Positions 30,562-40,565 of a DNA stretch of 64,000 nucleotides are shown piece by piece. Under the pieces are notes generated by a model that had not been told where the DNA came from, searched no databases, and saw only the letters and a program-made list of their open reading frames with translations. Position 1 is the stretch's first letter, and each line of letters opens with the position of its first letter. Made by a program: the position numbers and the translations under genes. Source of the DNA: an uncultured Acidobacteriota bacterium (lineage in GTDB: Bacteria > Acidobacteriota > Terriglobia > Terriglobales > Acidobacteriaceae); the NCBI GenBank assembly GCA_963771195.1, contig CAVYSS010000020.1, positions 43,486-107,485 of the forward strand, written 5' to 3'.

Positions 30562-32313
30562 TCAATAGTACATTCCTTCGTGGGATGGCACGAGTGCGGT
30601 CACCTCTTGCTCCAATCGGTCCAACCGGTCAATCGCAGACTGCACTGCCGGAGCGCCTTCCTCTTTGACCTTGCGCGCCCGGTCGAGCGCATGTTCTGCA
30701 ATGCGGCTGATTTCGTGCAGCAGCTTGCGAATCTCCACCTCCAGGCGGTCGCGGCTTTCCTGGATGCGATTGAGAACATCGTTTTGTACGCGCGAGCTGT
30801 TCACTTCCAGAAGGTGCCGCAGGAATTCTCGAGCGTCGTTGGTGATGACTCTGCGTCCCCCCACAATCGGCAAAAAGACGTCGGCGAGCCAGCGCAGCGG
30901 CGATGGAGGCTGCGCCGTTCCGATGAAGTCCTCGAACACAAACCTCGAACGGATGCGGAAACCCTTTTCCGGATCGAGCGCGTGAGGCATCCGCGTCAAT
31001 TCGCTGAGCCCCGCATCGGCAAGTTTTCTTAAGAAGTTGTTTCCCATCTCCACAAAGCGCATGGCCACGGCGCGATATTGGCGCTCGCCCTCCTCCTGCT
31101 CGGGCTTGAGCCATGGCATTACCTTGTTGCGTGAGATCTCCTGAGCGAGGTGCATCACGCGGCGCCGGTAATGTGGGCCAAAACCGCGCCGTACCGTCGA
31201 CAGTTCCTTGTCAAACTCCGATTCCGATTCCTTCCACGCAGAACGAAAAAACTCTCGATGCCGCTCGAGGAATAAATCGGAGATTCGATGCTGCTCCGCC
31301 ATAAAGAGAAAGCCCAGTTCGCGCATGGAGCGCTCCGCCTCGCCGATTGTCTCCTTCATCAGCTGGATGCGCCGTTCGGATTCTTCGATGGGCCGCAAAA
31401 GCGCATCCCGATCCTCATTGATTACCGCAATCAGTTGTTCGCTCAGGCGCCGCAGGCCGCGGTCGCATGCGGCGCGCACAAGATTTCGGCTCGAGTCTTC
31501 CACCAGGAGGCGCAGGCTGGCCAGCAGTTTGTCCCAATCCCGCAAAGGGCCGCGCTCCTCCATCCGTTCCGCGGCACTCACTTCTAAAACCTCGCCAATG
31601 GGGCGATGGAGCCGTTTTTCCAGAATTCCGCGCGTGAACTTCGCCGCCGCTGCACGCTCGGGATCGGTGGTGCGGTCGGCTTTGTTGATCACCAGAATTA
31701 AGTCCTGAACCTGCCGGCCAACCGCTTCCACCAGCGCCAACTCCTCGCCGGCAATCGGCGGATCGGCGCCCACCACAACCAATGCCGCATCGATATGAGG
31801 AATGAAGGCCTGCGTAGTAGCCGTGTTTCCCGTAAACACCGAACCCAAACCGGGCGTGTCGACAAAACACATGCCGGAAGATAGCAACGGGCTGGGCACG
31901 AAGACCTCCGCGCCGTCCACGCCCTTTTTGTTTTCAGGATTAAACTCTTCGGTCACGTACTGTTTCAAGTCAGCCAGCGCAACTTCCCGCCAGGAGCCGT
32001 CCCGCATGCGCACGCGCGCGCTCAGCTCGTCGCCGAATCGAATCACCGTAGGCACGGCAGTGACCGGAATAAATCCGGTGGGAACCACCTGGTGGCCGAC
32101 CAGGGCATTCAGCAGAGTGGATTTGCCGCGCTTGAACTGACCCACACAGGCCACGTAGAAACGCCCTTCCGCAACTCGAGTGGCCAGTTCACGCGCTTCC
32201 TCGGCTACAGGCTCCGCCTCCAGTTCCTGGGCGAGATCGGCAAGGTGCAACAAACCGGAGGCGCCGTCAACGCTTACAGGTTTCTCAATTGGAGGGCTGT
32301 CATCCTCGTGCAT
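30562..32313 (-). CDS. Dynamin-family (bacterial dynamin-like) GTPase
   Basis: G1 GQFKRGKST, G3 DTPGLGS, G4 NKADR. About 350-aa helical stalk. No obvious TM paddle. Confidence 0.85.
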   Translation of the reverse strand: MHEDDSPPIEKPVSVDGASGLLHLADLAQELEAEPVAEEARELATRVAEGRFYVACVGQFKRGKSTLLNALVGHQVVPTGFIPVTAVPTVIRFGDELSARVRMRDGSWREVALADLKQYVTEEFNPENKKGVDGAEVFVPSPLLSSGMCFVDTPGLGSVFTGNTATTQAFIPHIDAALVVVGADPPIAGEELALVEAVGRQVQDLILVINKADRTTDPERAAAAKFTRGILEKRLHRPIGEVLEVSAAERMEERGPLRDWDKLLASLRLLVEDSSRNLVRAACDRGLRRLSEQLIAVINEDRDALLRPIEESERRIQLMKETIGEAERSMRELGFLFMAEQHRISDLFLERHREFFRSAWKESESEFDKELSTVRRGFGPHYRRRVMHLAQEISRNKVMPWLKPEQEEGERQYRAVAMRFVEMGNNFLRKLADAGLSELTRMPHALDPEKGFRIRSRFVFEDFIGTAQPPSPLRWLADVFLPIVGGRRVITNDAREFLRHLLEVNSSRVQNDVLNRIQESRDRLEVEIRKLLHEISRIAEHALDRARKVKEEGAPAVQSAIDRLDRLEQEVTALVPSHEGMYY

Positions 32314-32597
32314 TGTCGAGCTCCTGAACCCTCGCGTCCATCGATAAACGGACGACCAAACGCCTTCTCACAAACATAAAGGAAGTCGTCGACGCTTCTG
32401 CGCATCCGGGGCGCAGTGGCAACAGAAGATTGTCTTGGAAGAGCGAGATCAGGAGCACCTACCAAGAAAATCGTCCTTCTTCGTAGGAGTCATCTGCCCG
32501 AATGGGCGGTTATGGCGAACTCCAACGCCCGTGATTATTCTCGCACATCTTCGCCGGGTTATTCGTCGGCGGGAACGGGGACGATACCATTGAGCAG

Positions 32598-33398
32598 ATG
32601 ATGGCTGCTATGGATTCCGTACCCGACAATGAGCCGGCAGCCGTGGCCCGGGACGCGTACAGCGGCAACATTGAGCCTAACCTCTTCTTCGCTGCAGTCG
32701 AACGCAGGGAAGAGTTGGCTCGTCTTCAGGTCCAGGCTGAAAAGCGAAAGTCGCTCCTGATCTTCGGACCGGAGGCTGTGGGGAAAACGCGACTCTTGCG
32801 GGCTTTTGTTAAGACACAACCCCTCGCTCTTTTCGTGCCCAGGGTGGAATCGCCGCGTCAAGTGCTTCTGACGCTCGTGGCCGAATTGAATCGCCAGGGC
32901 AGACCGCGGGTCGAACTCCCTGCCAATCCGGAGTCTCTGAGCAGTGCTGGACTCAAGGGGGGTTTACAGCGCGTGCTCGATTTGCATCCGTTCTCCCTGG
33001 CGCTCGACCAGGTCAGCGGCCCTTCTCGCGCGGTCACCAGCCTCATCAAGGACCTGAATTATTTCGACCGGACGCCCGTCGTTTTTGCCGCTCGCACGCC
33101 GCACATGGAAGACATTGGCGCGCTGCTGCCCATGTGCGCACGAACTTCCGAACGGCTGGAACTGAAAGAACTCGCTCCCGCAATAGCATCGGAATTTGCC
33201 CGGTGGGTGGCGCGGAACAGCAATCTACAAGCCGCCAACCTCGACGAACTCCTGCGATCGGTCGCCGAAAACAGCAGGGGAAATCCCGGAGCCATTGTTC
33301 AGATGGTGAAGATGGCGCATCTGCCCAGATACCGCGCAGGCGACCAGATCAAGTCGCACGTCTTGTACCTCGATTACCGCATGGGGCGACGGGAGTAA
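32598..33398 (+). CDS. P-loop NTPase (AAA/ORC-like ATPase)
   Basis: Walker A GPEAVGKTRLL and Walker B-like FSLALDQV. Helical C-terminal lid. Divergent from the dynamin gene across a 284-bp intergenic region. Confidence 0.65.
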   Translation: MMAAMDSVPDNEPAAVARDAYSGNIEPNLFFAAVERREELARLQVQAEKRKSLLIFGPEAVGKTRLLRAFVKTQPLALFVPRVESPRQVLLTLVAELNRQGRPRVELPANPESLSSAGLKGGLQRVLDLHPFSLALDQVSGPSRAVTSLIKDLNYFDRTPVVFAARTPHMEDIGALLPMCARTSERLELKELAPAIASEFARWVARNSNLQAANLDELLRSVAENSRGNPGAIVQMVKMAHLPRYRAGDQIKSHVLYLDYRMGRRE

Positions 33399-33453
33399 GA
33401 GTTTCCGGGGTGACATTTTGGGTCGACGTCGAAACGCCGCGATACCTATCCAG

Positions 33454-33861
33454 CTAATCCTCATCCTTATCGATACAAATCTTCTGTTCTTCAATTATGG
33501 CGTCCAGGCTCTTCCTTGCGGCCGCCGCCAGAAAGCGATTCTCGCTTCCGCTGAGGTCGCGCAACAGCGAAAAGGAACGCAAATCGCGCAAAACTCCCAG
33601 GCCCTCCAGAGCGGCCTTGCGAACGAACAGATCCGGATCCTCTCGAGCCAGCCTCATCAACTCCGGCACTGCCCGGTGGACATGGTTCTCGCCGATCAGC
33701 CAGCAGATGCGCGCTCGGGCTTCCGGCAATGGATGGGCAAGCGCGCCGATCAGCTTCTCTTCAAACGTCCGCCGGTCCAGCGTCAAATCCGCTTCGCAAT
33801 CAGGACACACCCTGGACTCCGAAGTCACCTCACGCCAGCAATGGGTGCAGTACGCGATCAT
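33454..33861 (-). CDS. Zn-ribbon plus HEAT-repeat protein
   Basis: CTHCWREV...CPDCEADL zinc ribbon, then HEAT-like repeats (PEARARICWLIGE, VPELMRLAREDPDLFVRKAALEGLG). ATG 33861 has GAGG upstream. ATG 33906/33933 are alternatives. Confidence 0.7.
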   Translation of the reverse strand: MIAYCTHCWREVTSESRVCPDCEADLTLDRRTFEEKLIGALAHPLPEARARICWLIGENHVHRAVPELMRLAREDPDLFVRKAALEGLGVLRDLRSFSLLRDLSGSENRFLAAAARKSLDAIIEEQKICIDKDED

Positions 33862-33949
33862 GCTCTGAGCCTCGGATGCGCTCCAGTCTTCCAGCCCGAA
33901 TGCCATCCTCGGCGCCCCGGCTTCAGGGCCCAATGACGAAGCAATCCCG

Positions 33950-36394
33950 TCAGCTCAGGATTCCAGTGACGGAGACCTCTTTGCGCCCGTCCTCGGGAGG
34001 ATGCACCAGGCTGCCTTCTATCCTCACACCATCTACTGACAGCTCGACCCGGTTTCCGTCACCCTTGCGTTCGATGGCGATGTCATAGATAACTCCACGA
34101 AATGTGCGGCGCGCGGTGAATCCCCGCCATCCTTGCGGAATTACAGGCGCAATTTCCAGACCGTCATAGGTGACTCGGATTCCCAGAATCCATTGCGTTA
34201 TGGCGAAGTAATTCCACGCCGCTGTGCCCGTCAGCCACGAGTTCTTGGCTTCGCCGAATGTGGGCGCATCCTTGCCGGCGATCATCTGCGCATAGACGTA
34301 GGGCTCGCATCGGTGTAGTTCGCTGATCTCTTCGCGTGCCGAAGGATTGATACGGCTGTAGTAGTCGTGCGCCTTGTCGCCATGGCCGAGCCGCGTCTCC
34401 CCGATCATTATCCACGGGTTCACGTGACAAAAAACGCCGGCGTTCTCCTTGTATCCCGGAGGGTAGGAGGAGATCTCACCCAGGTTGAGGTAGTAGCGCG
34501 AATACGCCGGCTGATGCACCACGATGCCGTGTTTTGTGGCCAGGTGCCGGCCCACGGCGTCCATGGCTTTGGCGGCGCGGCCGTCTTCGAGACCGATGCC
34601 GGCCAGCACGCAGTAACCGTTTGACTCGATGAAGATCTTACCCTCTTCGCATTGGTTGGAGCCGATGGGCTCGCCGAAATCGTCATAGGCGCGCAGAAAC
34701 CATTCGCCATCCCAGCCATGCTGGGCGATGGTTTGCTCCATTTTGGCGGCTTCGGCCAGGCAGCGCTCCGATTCCTCGCTGAGTCCACGGCGGAAGGCAA
34801 TCGCTGCGAGTTCGCGACCTGAGTGTACGAAGAGCCCGGCGATAAACACAGACTCCGCAACCTTGCCATCCTTATTGGTGGTGGTCTGGAACGACTGCCC
34901 CGGCGTCGCGGAGAAGCAGTTCAGGTTGAGGCAGTCGTTCCAGTCGGCGCGCCCAATCAGAGGCAGGCCGTGTGGCCCAAGCCGATCCAGCGTGTAGTTG
35001 AAGCTGCGCCGCAGGTGCTCGTAGAGCGGCGCTTCGGAGCCGGGCTCATTGTCAAACGGCACCGGCTCGTCGAGGATGCTCCAGTCGCCGGTCTCCTTCA
35101 GATACGCGGAGACGCCGATGATGAGCCAGTGCGGATCGTCGTTGAATCCGCCGCCAATATCGTTGTTGCCGCGCTTGGTCAGCGGCTGGTACTGGTGGTA
35201 AGCGCCGCCGGTGGGCAACTGCGTGGCAGCCAGGTCAAGGATGCGCTCGCGGGCGCGCGCCGGCACCATGTGCACAAAACCGAGCAGGTCCTGGTTGGAG
35301 TCACGGAATCCCAGGCCGCGCCCGATGCCGGATTCATAAAATGACGCCGAGCGCGACATATTGAACGTCGCCATGCACTGGTATGCATTCCAGATGTTCA
35401 CCATGCGGTTGGTGTGAACGTCGGGCGTGTGCACTTGGAAAATACCCAGCACGCTCTCCCAATACTGGCACAGGCGCTCGAATGCGGCATCGGCCTCGTG
35501 CGGGTCCAGGTACTTCGCGATCACCGGCTTGACCGTTTTCTTGTTGATGGTTTGTGAGCCGGGCGGATCAAACTTCTCATCTTCCGGGTTCTCGTGGTAG
35601 CCGAGCAGGAAGACGAATTGCCGCGTCTCTCCCGGACCAAGGTCGAACTTGACCTGGTGAGCGCCCATGGGCGACCAGCCGTGGGCGATGGAGTTGCTTA
35701 ATTGTCCGGCTTCCACCGCGGCTGGCTTGTCCCATCCGCGATAGCGGCCGAGAAACGCCTCGCGCTGTGTGTCGAACCCCGTGCCCGGCTCTGAGCAGGC
35801 AAAGTAGGCAAAGTGATTGCGGCGCTCGCGGTATTCCGTCTTGTGATAAATGACGTCGTCCTCCACTTCCACCTGGCCAGTATTGAAGTTGCGCTGGAAG
35901 TTGGTAGCGTCGTCCTGCGCGTCCCACAGGCAGAACTCGACGGTGGCGAAAGCCGACAGATGCGCGCTCTCCGCGCGGTGATTGGTTACGGTAAGCTGCC
36001 AGATTTCAAGGTTTTCATCGAGCGGCACAAAGTACCGGGTCGTTGCCTCAATCCCGCCATAAGCCGAGCCGATTGTCGTGTAGCCCATGCCGTGGCGGCA
36101 GGAATAATTCGCCAAATGGTGGTGCGTCGGCTGCCACGATGGAGACCAGAATTCGCCGGACGTATCGTCGCGCAGGTAGACATAGCGACCGCCCAGGTCC
36201 ATAGGCACGTTGTTATATCGATATCGGGTGAGCCGGCGCAGCCGTGCATCGCGGTAGAACGAATAGCCTCCCGCAGTGTTGGAAATGATTCCGAAATACG
36301 CCTGGCACCCCAGGTAATTCATCCATGGCAGCGGCGTATCCGGCTGCGTTATCACATACTCGCGTCTGTCGTCGTCGAAATACCCGTACTTCAC
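33950..36394 (-). CDS. Cellobiose/cellodextrin phosphorylase (GH94)
   Basis: GTG start after GGAGG. N-terminus KYGYFDDDRREYVITQPDTPLPWMNYLG...GGYSFYRDARLRRLTRYRYNNVP closely matches the remembered N-terminus of characterised cellobiose phosphorylases. 814 aa. Confidence 0.92.
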   Translation of the reverse strand: MKYGYFDDDRREYVITQPDTPLPWMNYLGCQAYFGIISNTAGGYSFYRDARLRRLTRYRYNNVPMDLGGRYVYLRDDTSGEFWSPSWQPTHHHLANYSCRHGMGYTTIGSAYGGIEATTRYFVPLDENLEIWQLTVTNHRAESAHLSAFATVEFCLWDAQDDATNFQRNFNTGQVEVEDDVIYHKTEYRERRNHFAYFACSEPGTGFDTQREAFLGRYRGWDKPAAVEAGQLSNSIAHGWSPMGAHQVKFDLGPGETRQFVFLLGYHENPEDEKFDPPGSQTINKKTVKPVIAKYLDPHEADAAFERLCQYWESVLGIFQVHTPDVHTNRMVNIWNAYQCMATFNMSRSASFYESGIGRGLGFRDSNQDLLGFVHMVPARARERILDLAATQLPTGGAYHQYQPLTKRGNNDIGGGFNDDPHWLIIGVSAYLKETGDWSILDEPVPFDNEPGSEAPLYEHLRRSFNYTLDRLGPHGLPLIGRADWNDCLNLNCFSATPGQSFQTTTNKDGKVAESVFIAGLFVHSGRELAAIAFRRGLSEESERCLAEAAKMEQTIAQHGWDGEWFLRAYDDFGEPIGSNQCEEGKIFIESNGYCVLAGIGLEDGRAAKAMDAVGRHLATKHGIVVHQPAYSRYYLNLGEISSYPPGYKENAGVFCHVNPWIMIGETRLGHGDKAHDYYSRINPSAREEISELHRCEPYVYAQMIAGKDAPTFGEAKNSWLTGTAAWNYFAITQWILGIRVTYDGLEIAPVIPQGWRGFTARRTFRGVIYDIAIERKGDGNRVELSVDGVRIEGSLVHPPEDGRKEVSVTGILS

Positions 36395-36640
36395 CTCAAG
36401 CCTCCATTCAAGCTGGAAGGAGAAAGCTGATCAAACGTTTTTCCAGAGCAGTTTTTGCTGCTTATGGAAAACGAATGTCGATTATACTCGCTGCATCCAG
36501 CATGTGAATCCAAAGGTCTCCGGGCCGGGAAAACCGCGGAGACATTGGTGTCCGAAATCATTGCCAACGGGGAACGGAGTGTGAGACGATTTCCGGTCTT
36601 CAATTCTCATTTCGGGCTCGCGCGAGGCGCCAGAAAGCTT

Positions 36641-38413
36641 ATGGCATATTCTCTTTTTCGGGGCAATATCTGTTTCCTATCCAGCCGCGATTTGCTCATT
36701 TCGACCGCTATTGCCGGCCTGCTGTTTTGCCCAGCCGTGCTGGTTCGCGCGACTGAGGCGGGGAGCACGGTGAACGCTGCCATCAAAGTGGACCAGGTGG
36801 GTTATCCCAGGGATGGGCCCAAGGTGGCGCTGGTGTCCGCGCCGGCGGATAGCTTTACGGTGCGCCGCTCCGGCGACGATCGGGCAGTGCTTCGCGGCAA
36901 ACTGATAGCCTCTGCCCCGGACGCGCTTTCCGGAGACACCGTCGCGGCCGCGGACTTTTCCTCGCTGCGCAAACCGGGAAAATACTACATCGAGGTTCCG
37001 AGTGTGGGGCGAAGCTGGGACTTCGCGATCGAGAAGAATGTCTATCGGCGTGCCTACTATCTGGCCATGCGCGGTTTCTACGGCCAGCGCTGCGGCACTG
37101 CGGTGGACATGGGGCCGGAGTTTCCCGAGTACAAGCACGCCGCCTGTCACCAGAAAGGCGAATTCCATCCCAGTTCAGGCGCCAGCGGGCCAAGGAACAA
37201 CATTGGCGGCTGGCACGACGCCGGCGACTATGGCCGCTACGTGGTCAACTCCGGAGTGACTACCGGCACCTTGCTGTGGACATGGGAGCTCTACCACAAA
37301 AAGCTCAAAGCTATCTCCCTCAGCATTCCGGAGAGCGGCAACGGAACGCCGGACATCCTGAATGAAACGCGCTGGAACCTGGAGTGGATGCTCAAGATGC
37401 AGGACGACGATGGGGGCGTCTGGCACAAGCAGACCAGCGAGCATTTTTCGGGATTTGTGGCGCCGGAGGACGACGATCTTCCCAGCGAGGTGATTGGGAC
37501 CGGAAAAGCGCCCTACAAGAGCACCTGCGCCACCGCCGACCTGGCGGCCGTGGGAGCAATCGCAGCGCGTGTCTATAAGCCGTTCGACGCGGCGTTTGCC
37601 GCGCGGACGCTGGAGGCGGCGCGCAAGGCGTGGGCCTGGGCGGAGAAGAGCCCCAACGTCACGTTCGTCAATCCGCCCGGCGTCAGCACCGGCGAATACG
37701 GCGACAACAACTGCGCCGACGAGCGGCTCTGGGCCGCGGCCGAGCTTTGGCGGACCACCGGCGAAAGGCCCTACAACGATTTTTTCGTCCAGGAGTATCG
37801 AAAGTACCTGCCCGATCTCGACTCGCCACCTGCAGAGGGCTGGAATTCTCTGGGCGCAATGGGTCTGTGGACATATGCGCTGGGCAAGCGCAAGGGTTCT
37901 GACCGCGACGCGATCAACGCGATTCGCGCGCGCACGGTGGCGGCGGCGCGTACGGTGGTGGATCGCACCAATGCAAACCCCTACCGCATGAGCATGCAGG
38001 CCGAGGATTATGTATGGGGCTCCAACGGCGTGGCCGCGGGTTATGGGATGTATCTGCTCATCGCCAACACGTTTCAGCCGGGTCGGAACTTCCGCGATGC
38101 TGCACGCGACAATCTGCATTATCTTCTGGGACGGAATACGTTCTCGCTCTCCTGGGTGACACAATTGGGCGAGCACTCCGTCGAGCATCCCCATCATCGG
38201 CCCAGCGGTTCCGGAAAGCAGCCGGGACCATGGCCGGGGCTGCTGGCCGGCGGGCCCAATCGAGGACGGCAGGACGCGGTGCTGGCGGCGCTGCCCAAGG
38301 ATTTGCCGCCGGCCAAAGTCTATGCCGACCAGTTGGCTTCCTACGCAAGCAATGAGATTGCGATCAACTGGCAGGCTTCGCTGGTGTTTTTGTTGGCGGG
38401 TGAATTGAAGTAG
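36641..38413 (+). CDS. Glycoside hydrolase family 9 endoglucanase with N-terminal Ig-like (CelD_N) domain
   Basis: Signal-like N-terminus. KVDQVGYPRDGPK Ig-like module. GH9 blocks GGWHDAGDYGRYV, ADERLWAAAELW, HHRPS. Confidence 0.9.
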   Translation: MAYSLFRGNICFLSSRDLLISTAIAGLLFCPAVLVRATEAGSTVNAAIKVDQVGYPRDGPKVALVSAPADSFTVRRSGDDRAVLRGKLIASAPDALSGDTVAAADFSSLRKPGKYYIEVPSVGRSWDFAIEKNVYRRAYYLAMRGFYGQRCGTAVDMGPEFPEYKHAACHQKGEFHPSSGASGPRNNIGGWHDAGDYGRYVVNSGVTTGTLLWTWELYHKKLKAISLSIPESGNGTPDILNETRWNLEWMLKMQDDDGGVWHKQTSEHFSGFVAPEDDDLPSEVIGTGKAPYKSTCATADLAAVGAIAARVYKPFDAAFAARTLEAARKAWAWAEKSPNVTFVNPPGVSTGEYGDNNCADERLWAAAELWRTTGERPYNDFFVQEYRKYLPDLDSPPAEGWNSLGAMGLWTYALGKRKGSDRDAINAIRARTVAAARTVVDRTNANPYRMSMQAEDYVWGSNGVAAGYGMYLLIANTFQPGRNFRDAARDNLHYLLGRNTFSLSWVTQLGEHSVEHPHHRPSGSGKQPGPWPGLLAGGPNRGRQDAVLAALPKDLPPAKVYADQLASYASNEIAINWQASLVFLLAGELK

Positions 38414-38438
38414 CCGGTCAGGGGAATCGAGGTTTGTT

Positions 38439-40323
38439 GTGATGCATCTCCGCGTATTGGATATCGCCATCATCGTGGCTTACCTGCTGAGCACGGTGTT
38501 CATCGGCTACTGGGTTTCCCACCGCGCCTCGCAGAACATACAGGACTATTTTCTGGGCGGCAACACGATGCCCTGGTACGTTCTGGGCGTATCCAATGCC
38601 TCCGGCATGTTCGATATCAGCGGCACCATGCTGCTGGTCTACTGGATGTTCGTCTACGGCCTGAAAAGCGTCTGGATCCCCTGGCTGTGGCCCACCTTCA
38701 ACCAGGTCTTCCTGATGGTCTACCTTTCGGCGTGGCTGCGCCGCTCCAACGTGATGACCGGCGCGGAGTGGATCAAGACCCGCTTCGGCAACGGCCGCGG
38801 CGCGCAGTTGTCCCACCTCATCGTGGTCATCTACGCCTTCGTCAGCATCATCGGATTCTTCAGCTACGGCTTCAAGGGCATCGGCAAGTTTGCCGCCACC
38901 TTCCTGCCCTGGCATCTCACGCCCAACCAGTACGCCCTGATTCTCGATCGCGCATCACCGCAATTTACGTCATCAAGGGCGGCATGTTCAGCGTGGTCAT
39001 CACCGAAGTGGTGCAGTTCTGCATTCTGTCCGTCGCCTCGTTTGCCGTCGGCATCATCGCCATGATGAAAGTGGCGCCGGAGACGCTGCACCGGATGGTG
39101 CCCGCCGGCTGGGACAACGTGTTCTTCGGCTGGCATCTCGGACCTGGACTGGTCAACGCTGATCCCCGCCGCCAGCGCCAAGATCGCCCAGGACGGCTAC
39201 GGCCTCTTCGGCTTCTTCGTCATGATGCTGCTCTTCAAGGGCGTGCTCATCAGCGCCGCCGGTCCGGCTCCCAACTACGACATGCAGCGCGTGCTCTCGT
39301 CGCAAGAATCCCGCGCGAAGCCTCCATGATGAGCGCGTGGGTAAACATCGTGCTCACCTTTCCCCGCTACTTCCTGATCACCGGGCTCACCGTGCTGGCC
39401 GCCGTGTTCTTCAGCGACAACATCCGCGCCATGGGCGCCAACATGGACTTCGAGCTGGTGCTTGCCCTATGCGCTCGGCCGGTTTGTGCCCGTGCGGGCT
39501 GCTGGGTTTCCTCATCGCCGGCCTGCTGGCCGCCTTCATGTCGAACTTCGCGGCCACCGTCAACGCCGCGCCGCCGTACTTCGTCAACGACATCTACAAG
39601 CGCTACATTCGCCCCGACGCGCCGCCCAAAACCTACGTTCGCCTTAGCTACATCAGCTCCTTTGCCGTTGTGGTGATCGGCGTCCTCATCGGATGGAACG
39701 TTACCTCCGTCAATTCCGTCGTGGTCTGGATCGTCTCCGGACTCTGGGGCGGCTACACCGCTTCCAACGTGCTCAAGTGGTATTGGTGGCGCTTTAACGG
39801 CTACGGCTACTTCTGGGGCATGGTCGCCGGCATCGCATCGTCGCTCTCGCTGCCGCTTTTCATTGCTAAGGTGCCGCTTGTTCAGCACCTGCTCGCCACC
39901 TATTCCATCAACGTGGACGTCTCCATCGTTTTCCCGCTGGTGCTCATCCTCTCGATCATCGGTTGCCTTGCCGGAACCCTGCTCACCAAGCCGGAAGACG
40001 AAGCCGTCCTGAAGGATTTCTACCGGCGGGTGCGGCCATGGGGCCTCTGGGGGCCCGTCCTCCAGAAGGTGCTGGCAGAAGATCCCGGCTTCAAGCGCAA
40101 CGCCGACTTCGCGCGCGACATGTTCAATATCGTCGTCGGAATTGTGTGGCAAATCGCCCTCGTGGTGTTGCCCCTGTACGTCGTCATTCAAGAATTTGAG
40201 CGCGCCGCCATCGCTTTATTCGTGGTCCTGGCCGCGTCGGCGATTCTCAAGTTCACTTGGTTCGACCACCTGGCGGTCCGCGAGGTCGAAACCGACAAGG
40301 CTGCATCTGCAGCAGGATCCTGA
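38439..40323 (+). pseudogene. Sodium:solute symporter family transporter, disrupted by at least 5 frameshifts
   Basis: SSF-like protein sequence can be followed only by switching frames. Frame 0 runs to about 38945 (..TPNQYALIL). Frame 2 follows (ITAIYVIKGGMFSVVITEVVQF..GWHL). Frame 0 resumes at about 39140 (DLDWSTLIPAASAKIAQDGYGLFGFFVMMLLFKGVLISAAGPAPNYDMQRVLSS). Frame 2 resumes at about 39303 (PREASMMSAWVNIVLTFPRYF..NMDFELVL). Frame 0 resumes at about 39460 (PYALGRFVPV). Frame 1 runs from about 39490 (GLLGFLIAGLLAAFMSNF... to the end). Confidence 0.85.
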
Positions 40324-40565
40324 AGCCGGATCTTGCCCGAAGGGTTGTAAGCGAGTTGGGCACGGCGGAGCTGCATGAGGTGAATACAGCCTTTTGCCGT
40401 GCCGAGAGTGCGTACTGAAGCCGCGCTGCCCGGGTGACGTACAAGTTCGGCGCAATCGTCGTGTCAGGTGGCTTTGTGATAGCTCAGCGCAGAAGAGACT
40501 GCTGACTTATCAGGGTTCTCCTTCCGTGATCCTGTGATCACGATCACCTACAAGAGCCACTGCTG

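Noticed and set aside
37175-38473. 432-aa minus-strand ORF
   Set aside because: Antisense to the GH9 endoglucanase, whose GH9 motifs are clear. Arg/Gly/Pro-rich nonsense composition.
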